Positions 8,017 to 16,472 of a DNA stretch of 64,000 bases are shown in pieces. The notes under the pieces were generated by a model. It was given only the letters and a program-made list of their open reading frames with translations. It made no database searches and was not told where the DNA came from. Positions within the stretch are counted from its first letter, which is position 1; every line of letters begins with the position of its first letter. The translations under genes and the position numbers were made by a program. This DNA is from Chloroflexota bacterium (GTDB taxonomy: Bacteria; Chloroflexota; Anaerolineae; Anaerolineales; Anaerolineaceae), in contig JAKOSR010000090.1 of assembly GCA_029777225.1 (NCBI GenBank), forward strand, positions 637-64,636, read 5' to 3'.

Positions 8017-9147
8017 ATGATTAAAGACCATGCCGTTCGTTCGGCAACAGCGACAAACCCCGTATTTCCCTATCCCCGCAAAACCTTAGTGAGAGGATTA
8101 CTGCGCGCAATCCTTAGGATGCTATTACCCGTCCTGACCCGGCTCGACATCCAAAACCGGGAGGGATTGCCCAAGCGCGGGCCTGTCATCCTATCCGGCA
8201 ACCATTCTGGAATCTTGGAAGCGGTCTTGATGGCAGCTTATGCTCCGCGGCAGGTGGAATTCCTTGGCACGGGCGATATCCCGCTCGATCCGCGATACGC
8301 CTGGATTACGCGCGTGTATGGTTTGATACCTATTAACCGCGGCAACCTTGACCGGGAGGGCATCCAGAAATCCGTGGACGTGTTGAAGCAAGGCGGAATC
8401 CTGGGCATTTTCCCGGAGGGCGGCATTTGGAGCCCTGCCAACATGGCCCCACAATTAGGCGTGGCACTCATCAGCCAGCGCGCCCAGGCCCCCATCCTGC
8501 CGATTGGCTTTGGCGGGTTGAAGAATGCCCTGCCGCGTTTGTTTAAACTGCAAAGGCCGCGCGTTGAAATCCGGGTGGGGGAGCCTATCCCACCCGTCCC
8601 CTACGACCAGCCGGCAGGGGGCCTGAAAACCGCCCTCACTGCCAAGGCTGAAGAGGTGTTGCGGGCTATCAGGCAATTGATGCCTGAAGCGGAGCGAACC
8701 GAGAGGCACGTGAGCGAGGCATACACGCTGAGTGCTGAGACGCGGCCGATGGTGCAGGATGGGCAGAGCGAGCGGCATTCCATCCCGGGCGGGGAGGTGT
8801 TCGCCAGGTTTTTGCTCAACCCCGTGCTGGTGGACGCGCTTTTCCGCAACGTTGGGCTGAAAATTGACCCGCTGCGCGGGCAGGCCGGGCCCACCTCCAA
8901 TGAGGAGTTCCGCAGCGCGCTCGCGGAAATCCAAGCCTACCTGCAGCAAAACCCAGGTTTTTTCACCTATCGTTTCGGGATGGCATTGGGGGTGCGGATG
9001 CCTGAAGCGCTGGAAGCGCTGGAGGCTCAGCTAACCCGCGCGCAAGCGCAGGGGGCAGAATTTTGGCTGGAGGCGCAGGTCGAAGTCGCGTACGCCGATG
9101 GCAGATTGGAACGACGCGCTCAGAAATGCCGGATTGTCCCGGGGTAA
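8017..9147 (+). CDS. Lysophospholipid acyltransferase (PlsC-like) with a C-terminal extension of about 160 aa
   Basis: Acyltransferase blocks GNHSGILEAV (HX4D-type, with E in place of D), FPEGG and PILPIGF. The C-terminal half shows no motif I recognise. Confidence 0.75.
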   Translation: MIKDHAVRSATATNPVFPYPRKTLVRGLLRAILRMLLPVLTRLDIQNREGLPKRGPVILSGNHSGILEAVLMAAYAPRQVEFLGTGDIPLDPRYAWITRVYGLIPINRGNLDREGIQKSVDVLKQGGILGIFPEGGIWSPANMAPQLGVALISQRAQAPILPIGFGGLKNALPRLFKLQRPRVEIRVGEPIPPVPYDQPAGGLKTALTAKAEEVLRAIRQLMPEAERTERHVSEAYTLSAETRPMVQDGQSERHSIPGGEVFARFLLNPVLVDALFRNVGLKIDPLRGQAGPTSNEEFRSALAEIQAYLQQNPGFFTYRFGMALGVRMPEALEALEAQLTRAQAQGAEFWLEAQVEVAYADGRLERRAQKCRIVPG

Positions 9148-9183
9148 TGAGGGCTGGCTGACTGCGGTCCTGGCGTGGATTGC

Positions 9184-10908
9184 TTAGCTGCCCAAGGACG
9201 GCTTGAGATCCCGTACGTTGAGTTGCAGGGTGGTTCGGCCCTGGTATTCATTCTTATCAAAGGTGTAGGCGATATCGATGGTGGACGGCAGGGTGGTTTG
9301 CCACTGGCCCTGGCGGAAGGCTATCGCTTCGTAAACGCTATCCCCGGCCCGCAGGTTCATCTTGAGATGCTGACCATTACCCAAAACGCGTGAACTAATG
9401 ACCTGGAGATTACGACTGCAGAACAGGACGTCCGGATTTTTCTGACCGGTGGGTTCCAACCTCGCGACGTCATCCATAATCCCGGGGATATGCTCCGGCC
9501 GGACCTTCGCCAGCGAGATTTCATAATCAATCCAAAGCTCAGGGACAAGCTCCAGATTGCCGATAGAGGCGACTGCCAGGTTGTTCAGCCTCTCCAACAG
9601 CGCTGGAAGGTTTTCGTTGGCCACGGTCAGGCCGGCGGCAACGGAGTGACCCCCGTAACGGATAAGCAAATCGGAGCATTGGTCCAACGCGGCCGTGATG
9701 TTGAACTCCTTGATGGAGCGACAGGAGGCTTTAACAAAGCCATCGTCCTGGTAACCGATGATGGCCGGCTTGTAGAGCGCCTCCACCACCCGGCTGGCTG
9801 CCAAACCCACCACGCCTTCGTTAAATTCCTTTGAGGCGGCAAAGATAATGAGCTTGTCCGGGTCAGAAGCCAGGGCCTCCGCGATGGCGGCTTCCTGTAT
9901 CTTTTGAGTCAGCTCCTTGCGGTAGGCGTTTTGGTTATCGAGCTGTTGCGCGAGAGCGGCGGCTTCAAACAGGTTCTCGGACACCAGCAGCTCGAAGGCG
10001 GCCGTCGCGGTATCCAGCCTGCCCGCGGCGTTGAGCCTGGGACCGAGAATGAAGCCGATGTTGCTGGCTGTGACGCGGTCCAACTTGACGCCAGCCACCT
10101 GGGACAGGGAGAAAAGACCCTGTCGGTTCACCTTGCGCATCTCGTCCAGGCCGCGCTTGACCAGGGCACGGTTTTCACCGGTGAGGTCGGCCAGGTCGGC
10201 CACAGTCCCCGCGGCCACCAGGTCCAGCCAATGGTCCGCGTCCAGGCCTGCAGTTGGGTAAGTGGCCAGGTAGGCGGAGGCAATTTTGTAGGCCAGGCCA
10301 ACGCCCGCCAGATGCTTATAGGGATACGGGTCGCCGGGCTGCCTGGGGTTAATAATCGCGTCCGCGGGTGGAAGCACACTGCCGGGCAGATGATGGTCCG
10401 AGACAATCACTTTCATTCCGCGCGCGCGTGCCTCGCGCACTTCGTCCACGGAACGAATGCCGCAGTCAACGGTGATGAGCAGGCCAATGCCCTCGCCGGC
10501 CAATTGTTGCATGGCGTCCAGGTTCAACCCGTAACCTTCATCAAAGCGGTTGGGGATGTACACCCGCGGGGTCAGGCCCAGGCTCCTGAAGAATTCATAG
10601 AGCAACGCGCTGGCGGTGACGCCATCCACGTCGTAATCCCCATAAATGGCCACCATGCTGCCGTCCTGCAAGGCTTCGTGGATGAGCCGGACGGCCTCCG
10701 GCATGTCCTTGAGCAACAATGGGTTGGCGCTGAAGTTGGTTTGATAGGTGAGGAAGGATTCCGCTTCGGAGGACGTCTCAATCCCGCGGTTGTAGAGCAG
10801 CTGACGCAGAAGGGGAGAAAAGTCACGCAGCTCTTGCTTGACCGAATTCGGGATTAATGGCGAAATGATCCAGCGTTTTGGGGATGGGGTGTTTGGCTTG
10901 GTTTCCAT
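9184..10908 (-). CDS. recJ: Single-stranded-DNA-specific exonuclease RecJ
   Basis: DHH family motifs VAIYGDYDVDGVTA, ITVDCG and IVSDHHLPG, plus a DHHA1-like GGHSVAAG. The start is uncertain: ATG at 10908 (METKPN...) or the track start at 10977. Confidence 0.9.
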   Translation of the reverse strand: METKPNTPSPKRWIISPLIPNSVKQELRDFSPLLRQLLYNRGIETSSEAESFLTYQTNFSANPLLLKDMPEAVRLIHEALQDGSMVAIYGDYDVDGVTASALLYEFFRSLGLTPRVYIPNRFDEGYGLNLDAMQQLAGEGIGLLITVDCGIRSVDEVREARARGMKVIVSDHHLPGSVLPPADAIINPRQPGDPYPYKHLAGVGLAYKIASAYLATYPTAGLDADHWLDLVAAGTVADLADLTGENRALVKRGLDEMRKVNRQGLFSLSQVAGVKLDRVTASNIGFILGPRLNAAGRLDTATAAFELLVSENLFEAAALAQQLDNQNAYRKELTQKIQEAAIAEALASDPDKLIIFAASKEFNEGVVGLAASRVVEALYKPAIIGYQDDGFVKASCRSIKEFNITAALDQCSDLLIRYGGHSVAAGLTVANENLPALLERLNNLAVASIGNLELVPELWIDYEISLAKVRPEHIPGIMDDVARLEPTGQKNPDVLFCSRNLQVISSRVLGNGQHLKMNLRAGDSVYEAIAFRQGQWQTTLPSTIDIAYTFDKNEYQGRTTLQLNVRDLKPSLGS

Positions 10909-11004
10909 GCAGGTTTCCGTCTCGTTTTGGCTTATTTTACACGGAAAACAGGGGGTTAAAAATTTTTGGAAAATCAACTAAAATTTCCACAGGAGCGTGA
11001 TGCC

Positions 11005-11964
11005 ATGGAAAATACTGATAGATTGCCTTTGCCCTCCCAACGAGCACAGTTTGTTCGTTCGGAAGAAGTTGAAAAAGCCCGCCTGGGCCACAAGCCGATT
11101 GTCGCCCTGGAATCCACGGTGATTACCCACGGCCTTCCCTGGCCAGAGAATCTTGACCTGGCGCTTTCGATGGAGCGCACTGTGCGCGAGAATGGGGCTG
11201 TGCCGGCCACGATTGCCATCCTGGATGGACAAGTGCGGGTTGGGTTGAGCGGTGACGAGTTGGAAGCGCTTTCCAAGGCGACCGGGGTGCGCAAGGTGAG
11301 CGTGCGCGATTTTGGTCCGGTGATTGGAAAGGGGCTGAGCGGTGGTACCACGGTGGCGGCGACGATGTTTGTGGCTGAAAAGACAGGCATCAAGGTGTTT
11401 GCCACAGGAGGCATTGGAGGCGTGCACCGGGACGCGCCGTATGATGTTTCCGCCGATTTACCGCAGCTGGGCCGTTCTCCGGTGGTGGTGGTGTGCGCGG
11501 GCGCCAAGTCGATTTTGGATATCCCGAAGACGGCGGAATACCTGGAAACCCAGGGCGTTCCGGTGATTGGTTACCAAACGGACGCGTTCCCAGCGTTCTA
11601 TTCGGTGGATAGCGGCCTAAAAGTGGAATTCCGGGCTGATACAGCCCTGGAAGCTGCCCAGATTGCTGAGGCGCATTGGAACCTGGGCTTGCGCAGTGGC
11701 GTACTTTTGGTGGTTCCACCACCCGCGGCCACAGCGGTACCGATTGACAGGATTGAAGAAGTCATCAAACAAGCCCTGGCCCAGGCGGTTGAAGCGGACA
11801 TTCACGGCAGCGCCATGACCCCGTTCCTGCTCGCGCGAGTGAAGGAACTGAGCGGTGGTGACAGCCTGCGGGCGAACCTGGCTTTGCTGCTAAACAATGC
11901 CGCGGTTGCCGCCCAGGTGGCTGTGGGCATGAGCCAGAAGGCTCCGATGGCCAGGTACCTGTAA
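11005..11964 (+). CDS. psuG: Pseudouridine-5'-phosphate glycosidase
   Basis: IndA/PsuG signature PIVALESTVITHGLPWPENL plus ATGGIGGVHR. The ATG at 11005 has AGGAG 9 nt upstream; the track start at 10966 is less likely. Confidence 0.85.
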   Translation: MENTDRLPLPSQRAQFVRSEEVEKARLGHKPIVALESTVITHGLPWPENLDLALSMERTVRENGAVPATIAILDGQVRVGLSGDELEALSKATGVRKVSVRDFGPVIGKGLSGGTTVAATMFVAEKTGIKVFATGGIGGVHRDAPYDVSADLPQLGRSPVVVVCAGAKSILDIPKTAEYLETQGVPVIGYQTDAFPAFYSVDSGLKVEFRADTALEAAQIAEAHWNLGLRSGVLLVVPPPAATAVPIDRIEEVIKQALAQAVEADIHGSAMTPFLLARVKELSGGDSLRANLALLLNNAAVAAQVAVGMSQKAPMARYL

Positions 11965-12000
11965 GGGCTCACGCAGCCGAACGATTAACAATAAAGGAGT

Positions 12001-12036
12001 CCGCGCGTTGTGATGGAACAACGCGCGGGCTTTATT
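12001..12036 (+). terminator. Terminator hairpin after psuG
   Basis: CCGCGCGTTGT-GATGGA-ACAACGCGCGG forms an 11-bp perfect stem, followed by GCTTTATT (a weak U-tract). Confidence 0.55.
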
Positions 12037-12055
12037 AATTCCCGCGCGCAGTCGT

Positions 12056-12084
12056 TTGACTCTGATTCTTAAAAGTTGTAATAT
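12056..12084 (+). promoter_or_regulatory. Sigma70-like promoter for the 12.4-14 kb hypothetical module
   Basis: The -35 is TTGACT (12056-12061), the spacer is exactly 17 nt, and the -10 is TAATAT (12079-12084). It lies in an AT-rich island just after the psuG terminator. Confidence 0.4.
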
Positions 12085-12382
12085 GAAAATGTCCAAAGCA
12101 ATTTTGTCCATTTTTTCATCATAAATAGCATTTTTATCCCTGTCCTAATTTGCATCTTCGCGGAGGGCCGACCCGGAAACGGGTGAGGTAATTATTGGAA
12201 CGTACTTATGGATATTATTTGGGCATTTTGCCCTGAAAGGCCAGGTGATGTCCATCGAAAAGCAAACAACCAGGCGCGAGGATGAACAAGCCATTGCGCG
12301 AGCAGGGTATTCAGAGGGAGATTAAAGGAAACTGAGACCCGGCATGCAAGGCGCTGGGTTAGCGTATTCCGAGGAGGAAAAA

Positions 12383-13096
12383 ATGACGTTACAGGTTCGT
12401 GTTGGAGCTGAATGGGTTAATACGTTTCATTCCAATTACTGTACGCAGAACAACCTAAGCTATCGTGATGACCACGCGGTCGGTTTCTACGACCAAATGG
12501 GAAGCCACGGCCATGTGAAGGTGTTCTGTTGGGGAAACGACAATGCCTGGGAGACTGATTTTTGCCATCCAACCTTTGGTGGCGACTCCCTGAACTGGAT
12601 AGACAATGTCCACTTCCTGTTCTACTCAGACCATGGTGGCAACTGGAGTAACACGATGCACATCGCGTTCTCCGCGCAACAGCGTTATTGCCTGAGCCCG
12701 TCCACACAATGGCGGTTGGGCGAGAGGATGCTGAAATGGTTTGTGCTGGATTGCTGCCAATGCGTGCTCAACCACACCGCGGCGCATATTGGGGCTGTCT
12801 GGTTTGGCCCAACGCGTGGCGTGCATCTGATTTTTGGGTTCATTGGGAACGGCACGGACAGCTGGTGGAATGATGACCTGGGCAGCGATTTTGGTCACGA
12901 CGCAGCCACGGGTTCCCGCCTGGCGAACAGCTGGGTTGACCATGCTTATTCCTGGTGGCTGGATGATGATTCCATCGCCATTGCTACCGGCGCGACTGAA
13001 GCTGAGGCAATCAACCGGCGTGAAAACGAATCGGTGAACTGGCGTGATTACAACGTCACCTCAACCTCATGGCTGGCCTGGAAGTATCGGGAATGA
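12383..13096 (+). CDS. Hypothetical protein with a clan-CD (caspase/legumain/clostripain-like) His...Cys dyad; candidate minimal cysteine peptidase
   Basis: ATG at 12383 with GAGGAGG 5 nt upstream. FLFYSDHGGNW resembles the metacaspase FHYSGHGG and clostripain HGGGW His motifs. About 40 aa later, KWFVLDCCQC resembles the DSCHSG / FDAC Cys motif. The protein is Trp-rich and has no signal peptide. Confidence 0.6.
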   Translation: MTLQVRVGAEWVNTFHSNYCTQNNLSYRDDHAVGFYDQMGSHGHVKVFCWGNDNAWETDFCHPTFGGDSLNWIDNVHFLFYSDHGGNWSNTMHIAFSAQQRYCLSPSTQWRLGERMLKWFVLDCCQCVLNHTAAHIGAVWFGPTRGVHLIFGFIGNGTDSWWNDDLGSDFGHDAATGSRLANSWVDHAYSWWLDDDSIAIATGATEAEAINRRENESVNWRDYNVTSTSWLAWKYRE

Positions 13097-13126
13097 GATG
13101 GGTGAAACAAAGAAGGGAGTTACAAA

Positions 13127-13993
13127 ATGCCTGAAATCAACTTCTTGAACAGGATGGAAAAAGCTCCTGATCTGCCGGTCAAGATTTACTCCCTGCAGAG
13201 AGCGGGGGTCTCCACGAGAAAAGTGTTGGAATTCGCGAAACAGATGGGATTAGAGGCGGTTCTTGAAAAAGCGCGTTTGCAAACTGAGAAAGACCGTATC
13301 ATTCTGGCGCAGGGTCAAATCCTGCTGCAATGTTTCAAGGAATCCGGCGGAATAAGGTTTATTGACCAGTCGCGGTGGATGGTGGACGACCAGAAATCCG
13401 ACCTCGCGTTTGATGACGAGAAGGCCTTCGAGATGGCCAGAGCCATCATAAAAAAGCACAAACTCGCCAAGGCAGACGAATTCAAGCCGCTGAAGGTGAC
13501 CCATCTGCATGTTGGTTCCATGGATGAAAAGATGAAAAACGTCCAGGAACGGGTGATTGACGCGGGTGTGATTTTCCAGCGGATGGTGGATGGTGTGCCC
13601 GTCCTCGGCCCGGGTGGAAAGTTGATGATTTTCCTGGACGCGGAAGGCGGGATGACCGGGCTGGAGAAAATCTGGCGACCCATCCAGGAGGTTTTCCGCA
13701 AAGTTGAGGGGCTGCGCGAGCCAAAGCTTGCCGAAAACCAACTGGTGCGCTTCCTCAAGACTCGTGGCATCCAGAAAGCGGATGTTGAATCCGCGGAGTT
13801 TGGCTACTTTGAACTCGGCTGGCATGACCGGCAGCAAACCCTGCAACCGGCCTACGTCTTCAAGCTGCGCCTGCCGCTGAATGAGGGCGAAGGCTACATG
13901 AAATCGGCGTTTGTGGTTGAAGCCGCGAAGAACGCGGTCGGGACGCTTATCCGTTACAAGCGTGTAATGGAAGAGCAGCCTCCGCGCAAGTAA
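13127..13993 (+). CDS. Hypothetical protein (288 aa), probably co-transcribed with 12383-13096
   Basis: GGGAG-containing RBS (AAGAAGGGAGTTACAAA-ATG), 30 nt after the upstream stop. The composition is coding-like and I recognise no motifs. The long antisense ORF 13250-14299 is Arg/Pro/His-rich junk. Confidence 0.75.
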   Translation: MPEINFLNRMEKAPDLPVKIYSLQRAGVSTRKVLEFAKQMGLEAVLEKARLQTEKDRIILAQGQILLQCFKESGGIRFIDQSRWMVDDQKSDLAFDDEKAFEMARAIIKKHKLAKADEFKPLKVTHLHVGSMDEKMKNVQERVIDAGVIFQRMVDGVPVLGPGGKLMIFLDAEGGMTGLEKIWRPIQEVFRKVEGLREPKLAENQLVRFLKTRGIQKADVESAEFGYFELGWHDRQQTLQPAYVFKLRLPLNEGEGYMKSAFVVEAAKNAVGTLIRYKRVMEEQPPRK

Positions 13994-14006
13994 GCTATTG
14001 CCTGAC

Positions 14007-14044
14007 AGACCCCGGCAAAGTTTCACTTTACCGGGGTCTTGTTC
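14007..14044 (+). terminator. Hairpin after 13127-13993 (possible weak terminator)
   Basis: AGACCCCGG-15 nt loop-CCGGGGTCT followed by TGTTCGTG, which is a poor U-tract. Confidence 0.4.
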
Positions 14045-14052
14045 GTGAGGGC

Positions 14053-14550
14053 GTGTTGGACTTATCGCTTGATGAAATTGAGCGCAGAATGCGCCCAGGA
14101 GAGTTTTCCCAGGCGGGGTTCTTGGGCTGGGATGAATCCCTGGCGGATGTGCTGGCACAAGACGCGCGGGTGCTTCACGAGCTGGGAATAACCGCGGTAG
14201 ATTTGGCCAGCGCGCTGGAGGATTTGCTGGCTGCCGCCCTTTCTGGTGACCCGCCGCATAACCAACGCGAAGGCTACCTGGTTGATATCCATCTGACACC
14301 CGGCTTTCAGATTTGCCCTTTCGCGCCAGACCCCGACCACGCGCAATGCACGGCTGGCGGCGGTGTGCGCTTTGGCTCCGTGGACTGGCGCATTCGAAAC
14401 AAACGCACCGGCCAGCACTTAAAAGGACCTGGATTAATCACCCACCTCATCCGCGCGCACGGCTTTTTTGAAGGGACAGGAACGCCATACCGTGTTGACC
14501 CGGCCGGGCTGGCCAGGCTATTGGAATTGGGTCCGTTCGCAAGGGCCTGA
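14053..14550 (+). CDS. Hypothetical Cys/His-containing protein (165 aa)
   Basis: GTG start and coding-like composition. Contains ICPFAPDPDHAQC and ITHLIRAHGFFEG. I recognise no family. Confidence 0.6.
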   Translation: MLDLSLDEIERRMRPGEFSQAGFLGWDESLADVLAQDARVLHELGITAVDLASALEDLLAAALSGDPPHNQREGYLVDIHLTPGFQICPFAPDPDHAQCTAGGGVRFGSVDWRIRNKRTGQHLKGPGLITHLIRAHGFFEGTGTPYRVDPAGLARLLELGPFARA

Positions 14551-14561
14551 ATTGTGGGGCG

Positions 14562-15449
14562 TTAATTGCCTTTGCTGGTGGGAGAGGGCCAGGGCGTGGC
14601 GGTGGGCCAGGGTGTACGGGTTGGCAGAGGCGTGTTGGTGTGAGTGGGGGTTGGGGTAAGCGTACGGGTGAGCGTTGGGGTGATGGTGGGCGTGCTGGTG
14701 GGTGGATTACCCAAGACCCTGAATGAACCCGAGAGAATCCATTCCCGGCCAATAAAGAATTGGACCTGGTAGAGGCCTGGCAACCAGTCCGCGGGGGGCA
14801 TTTCGAGCACGGCGATGCCATACCCTCCGGACCCACCCTCCCAGCGGCCGGTATCCACCTTGACGGTGGTATCGCCACGCAGCCATATCTCCGTCCACTG
14901 CACGCCATCGCTCATGTAGTTGTAGCTGTAGGCCGCGTAGACCTTTTTTAGGGGGTTTTGGAACTCAAATGCCGGCTCTATGGGCTGAAAATCATCCCCC
15001 ACGGCCTCCGCGAAGACAATATTGCTAAAAACAAAGTCCGGGTTGGGGGTCACGAGGGCTTCAAATTGCGTGGCAATCACATCGGGGACAAAAGGCGTGT
15101 TGGTGACCGAGGGCGTATTGGTCAGGGTGGGAGTGAGCGTGATGGTGGGGGTGAGCGTAATGGTCGGCGTGAGGGTGATGGTGGGGGTGAGGGAAGGCGT
15201 CAGGCTGGGTGGGAAATAGCGGTAGGCAAGGGACTCGCCCCAGCGGAAGTTCGCGAAGGTGAAGACGCTCAACAGGATGGCAAGCAAAACCAGGCTGACG
15301 CCCAATTCATATTGCTGGCGCTTCTTGAAGAAGAAGGGCAGATGTTTGCCCGAGCGGAAGGCGCGCGCGGCCCTGGTGAAAAACCAAATCGCGCTCAGGC
15401 CAGCCAAAAGGCCGATAACGATTACCGTGGAGCGAATATCGATTGCCAT
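14562..15449 (-). CDS. Membrane-anchored protein with Pro/Thr repeat linkers
   Basis: N-terminal TM segments (VIVIGLLAGLSAIWFF, SLVLLAILLSVFTF), then the repeat LTPSLTPTITLTPTITLTPTITLTPTLTNTPS, a globular domain and a C-terminal PT-rich tail. Confidence 0.8.
   Translation of the reverse strand: MAIDIRSTVIVIGLLAGLSAIWFFTRAARAFRSGKHLPFFFKKRQQYELGVSLVLLAILLSVFTFANFRWGESLAYRYFPPSLTPSLTPTITLTPTITLTPTITLTPTLTNTPSVTNTPFVPDVIATQFEALVTPNPDFVFSNIVFAEAVGDDFQPIEPAFEFQNPLKKVYAAYSYNYMSDGVQWTEIWLRGDTTVKVDTGRWEGGSGGYGIAVLEMPPADWLPGLYQVQFFIGREWILSGSFRVLGNPPTSTPTITPTLTRTLTPTPTHTNTPLPTRTPWPTATPWPSPTSKGN
15115..15204. repeat. In-frame 18-bp tandem repeat encoding (T-L-T-P-T-I)n
   Basis: Three near-identical units lie at 15133-15150, 15151-15168 and 15169-15186 (GTGAGCGTGATGGTGGGG and variants). 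They are flanked by degenerate units. Confidence 0.8.
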
Positions 15450-15509
15450 ATGTAATCCTGTTCCGGATTATAGCAGTTCCGCCCAGGAGGAGAGAAATGG
15501 GCGCGGCCG

Positions 15510-16472
15510 TTACTGATTGAGCAGCGTGTTGTAGGGTTCAGCAAAGAGTGCCGGCGTTCCGCCGGTGTGCCAGAAGAGCACGGTTTCATCCGGGCCGAAG
15601 AAGCCACGCCTGATGAGGTCAACCAGCCCCGCGGCTGCCCGGCCCGTATAGACGGGGTCCAACAGGATGCCTTCCTGGCGCGCGAAGAGTTGAATGGCTT
15701 CCACTTCGGCCGGCTGGAGCATGCCGTATCCGGCCGCGCAGTAGTTGGAATTGACCAGGATGTCTTTGGCTGTTATAGACAAATCCAGGCCTTTGAGGGC
15801 GGCGGCTTCGTTCACCAGGTTGGCGACTGCCGGGCAAAATTCCTGCGCGGGCTTGTCCACGCTCATCCCCAGCACTTTGCCTGGAAAACCGGTCTCGATG
15901 GCGCCAAGCACCAGGCCTGCCTGGGTGCCGCCGGAAGACGTGGCGAAGACAATCCAGTTCGGTTGGCAGCGCTGGTCCTGCAGTTCCCACATGGCCTGGG
16001 CATAACCTTGCGCGCCGAGCGCGTTGGACCCACCGTAGGGGATGAGGTATGGTTTTTGGCCCTGTGCCGAGAGCTCGTCGACGGCTTGCTGGAGACAACT
16101 ATCCCGCTGGGAGGGGTCGGTGAAAATTATCCTGGCCCCCGAGAGGGAATCCAGCAAAAGATTACCTTGTCGCACGGCCGGTGGCTCTCCTGCCAGGACG
16201 AGGACGCAGCCCAGGCCCATTTTGGCCGCGGCCGCGGCCACCTGGCGACAGTGGTTGGATTGGACTGCCCCGGTGCTGACCAGCGTGTCGCAACCCCGTG
16301 CCAGCGCGTCCGCCACCAGGTACTCCAACTTCCGGGTTTTGTTCCCGCCAGGGCCGAGGCCCGTGAGGTCATCGCGCTTGATGAACAGCCGTGGGCCACC
16401 CAGCAGCGCGCTCAGGCGGGGCAGGCCCTCAACAGGCGTGGGAAGATGGGCAAGCTTGAGGCGATTAATCAT
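15510..16472 (-). CDS. PLP-dependent D-cysteine desulfhydrase / ACC deaminase family enzyme
   Basis: Family signature GGNKTRKLEY plus SNHCRQVAAAA and a tryptophan-synthase-beta-like fold pattern. Its ATG overlaps the upstream stop (ATGATTAA). Confidence 0.85.
   Translation of the reverse strand: MINRLKLAHLPTPVEGLPRLSALLGGPRLFIKRDDLTGLGPGGNKTRKLEYLVADALARGCDTLVSTGAVQSNHCRQVAAAAAKMGLGCVLVLAGEPPAVRQGNLLLDSLSGARIIFTDPSQRDSCLQQAVDELSAQGQKPYLIPYGGSNALGAQGYAQAMWELQDQRCQPNWIVFATSSGGTQAGLVLGAIETGFPGKVLGMSVDKPAQEFCPAVANLVNEAAALKGLDLSITAKDILVNSNYCAAGYGMLQPAEVEAIQLFARQEGILLDPVYTGRAAAGLVDLIRRGFFGPDETVLFWHTGGTPALFAEPYNTLLNQ

Noticed and set aside
12208-12285. 25-codon ORF (MDIIWAFCPERPGDVHRKANNQARG) in the long leader
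   Set aside because: It has no RBS and nothing to support it as a leader peptide. I mention it only as part of the leader finding.
13127-13993. Idea that the 288-aa partner of the caspase-like protein is a bacterial gasdermin
   Set aside because: The size and the protease adjacency fit. However, I see no N-terminal Cys (palmitoylation site) and no recognisable gasdermin motifs. The gene order (protease first) is also not the usual one. I kept it only as something a structure search could test.
13250-14299. 349-aa ORF on the minus strand spanning the hypothetical genes at 13127-14550
   Set aside because: The translation is Arg/Pro/His-rich and low-complexity (for example RTPPGKTLLGAFCAQFHQAISPTRPHEQ) with no RBS. 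It is antisense to two + strand ORFs that have RBSs and protein-like composition, so I treat it as a GC-driven shadow ORF.
15115-15204. Possible CRISPR-like or mobile repeat
   Set aside because: The period is 18 bp with no spacers, and the repeat is in frame inside a CDS encoding a Pro/Thr linker. It is a coding tandem repeat, not a CRISPR array.
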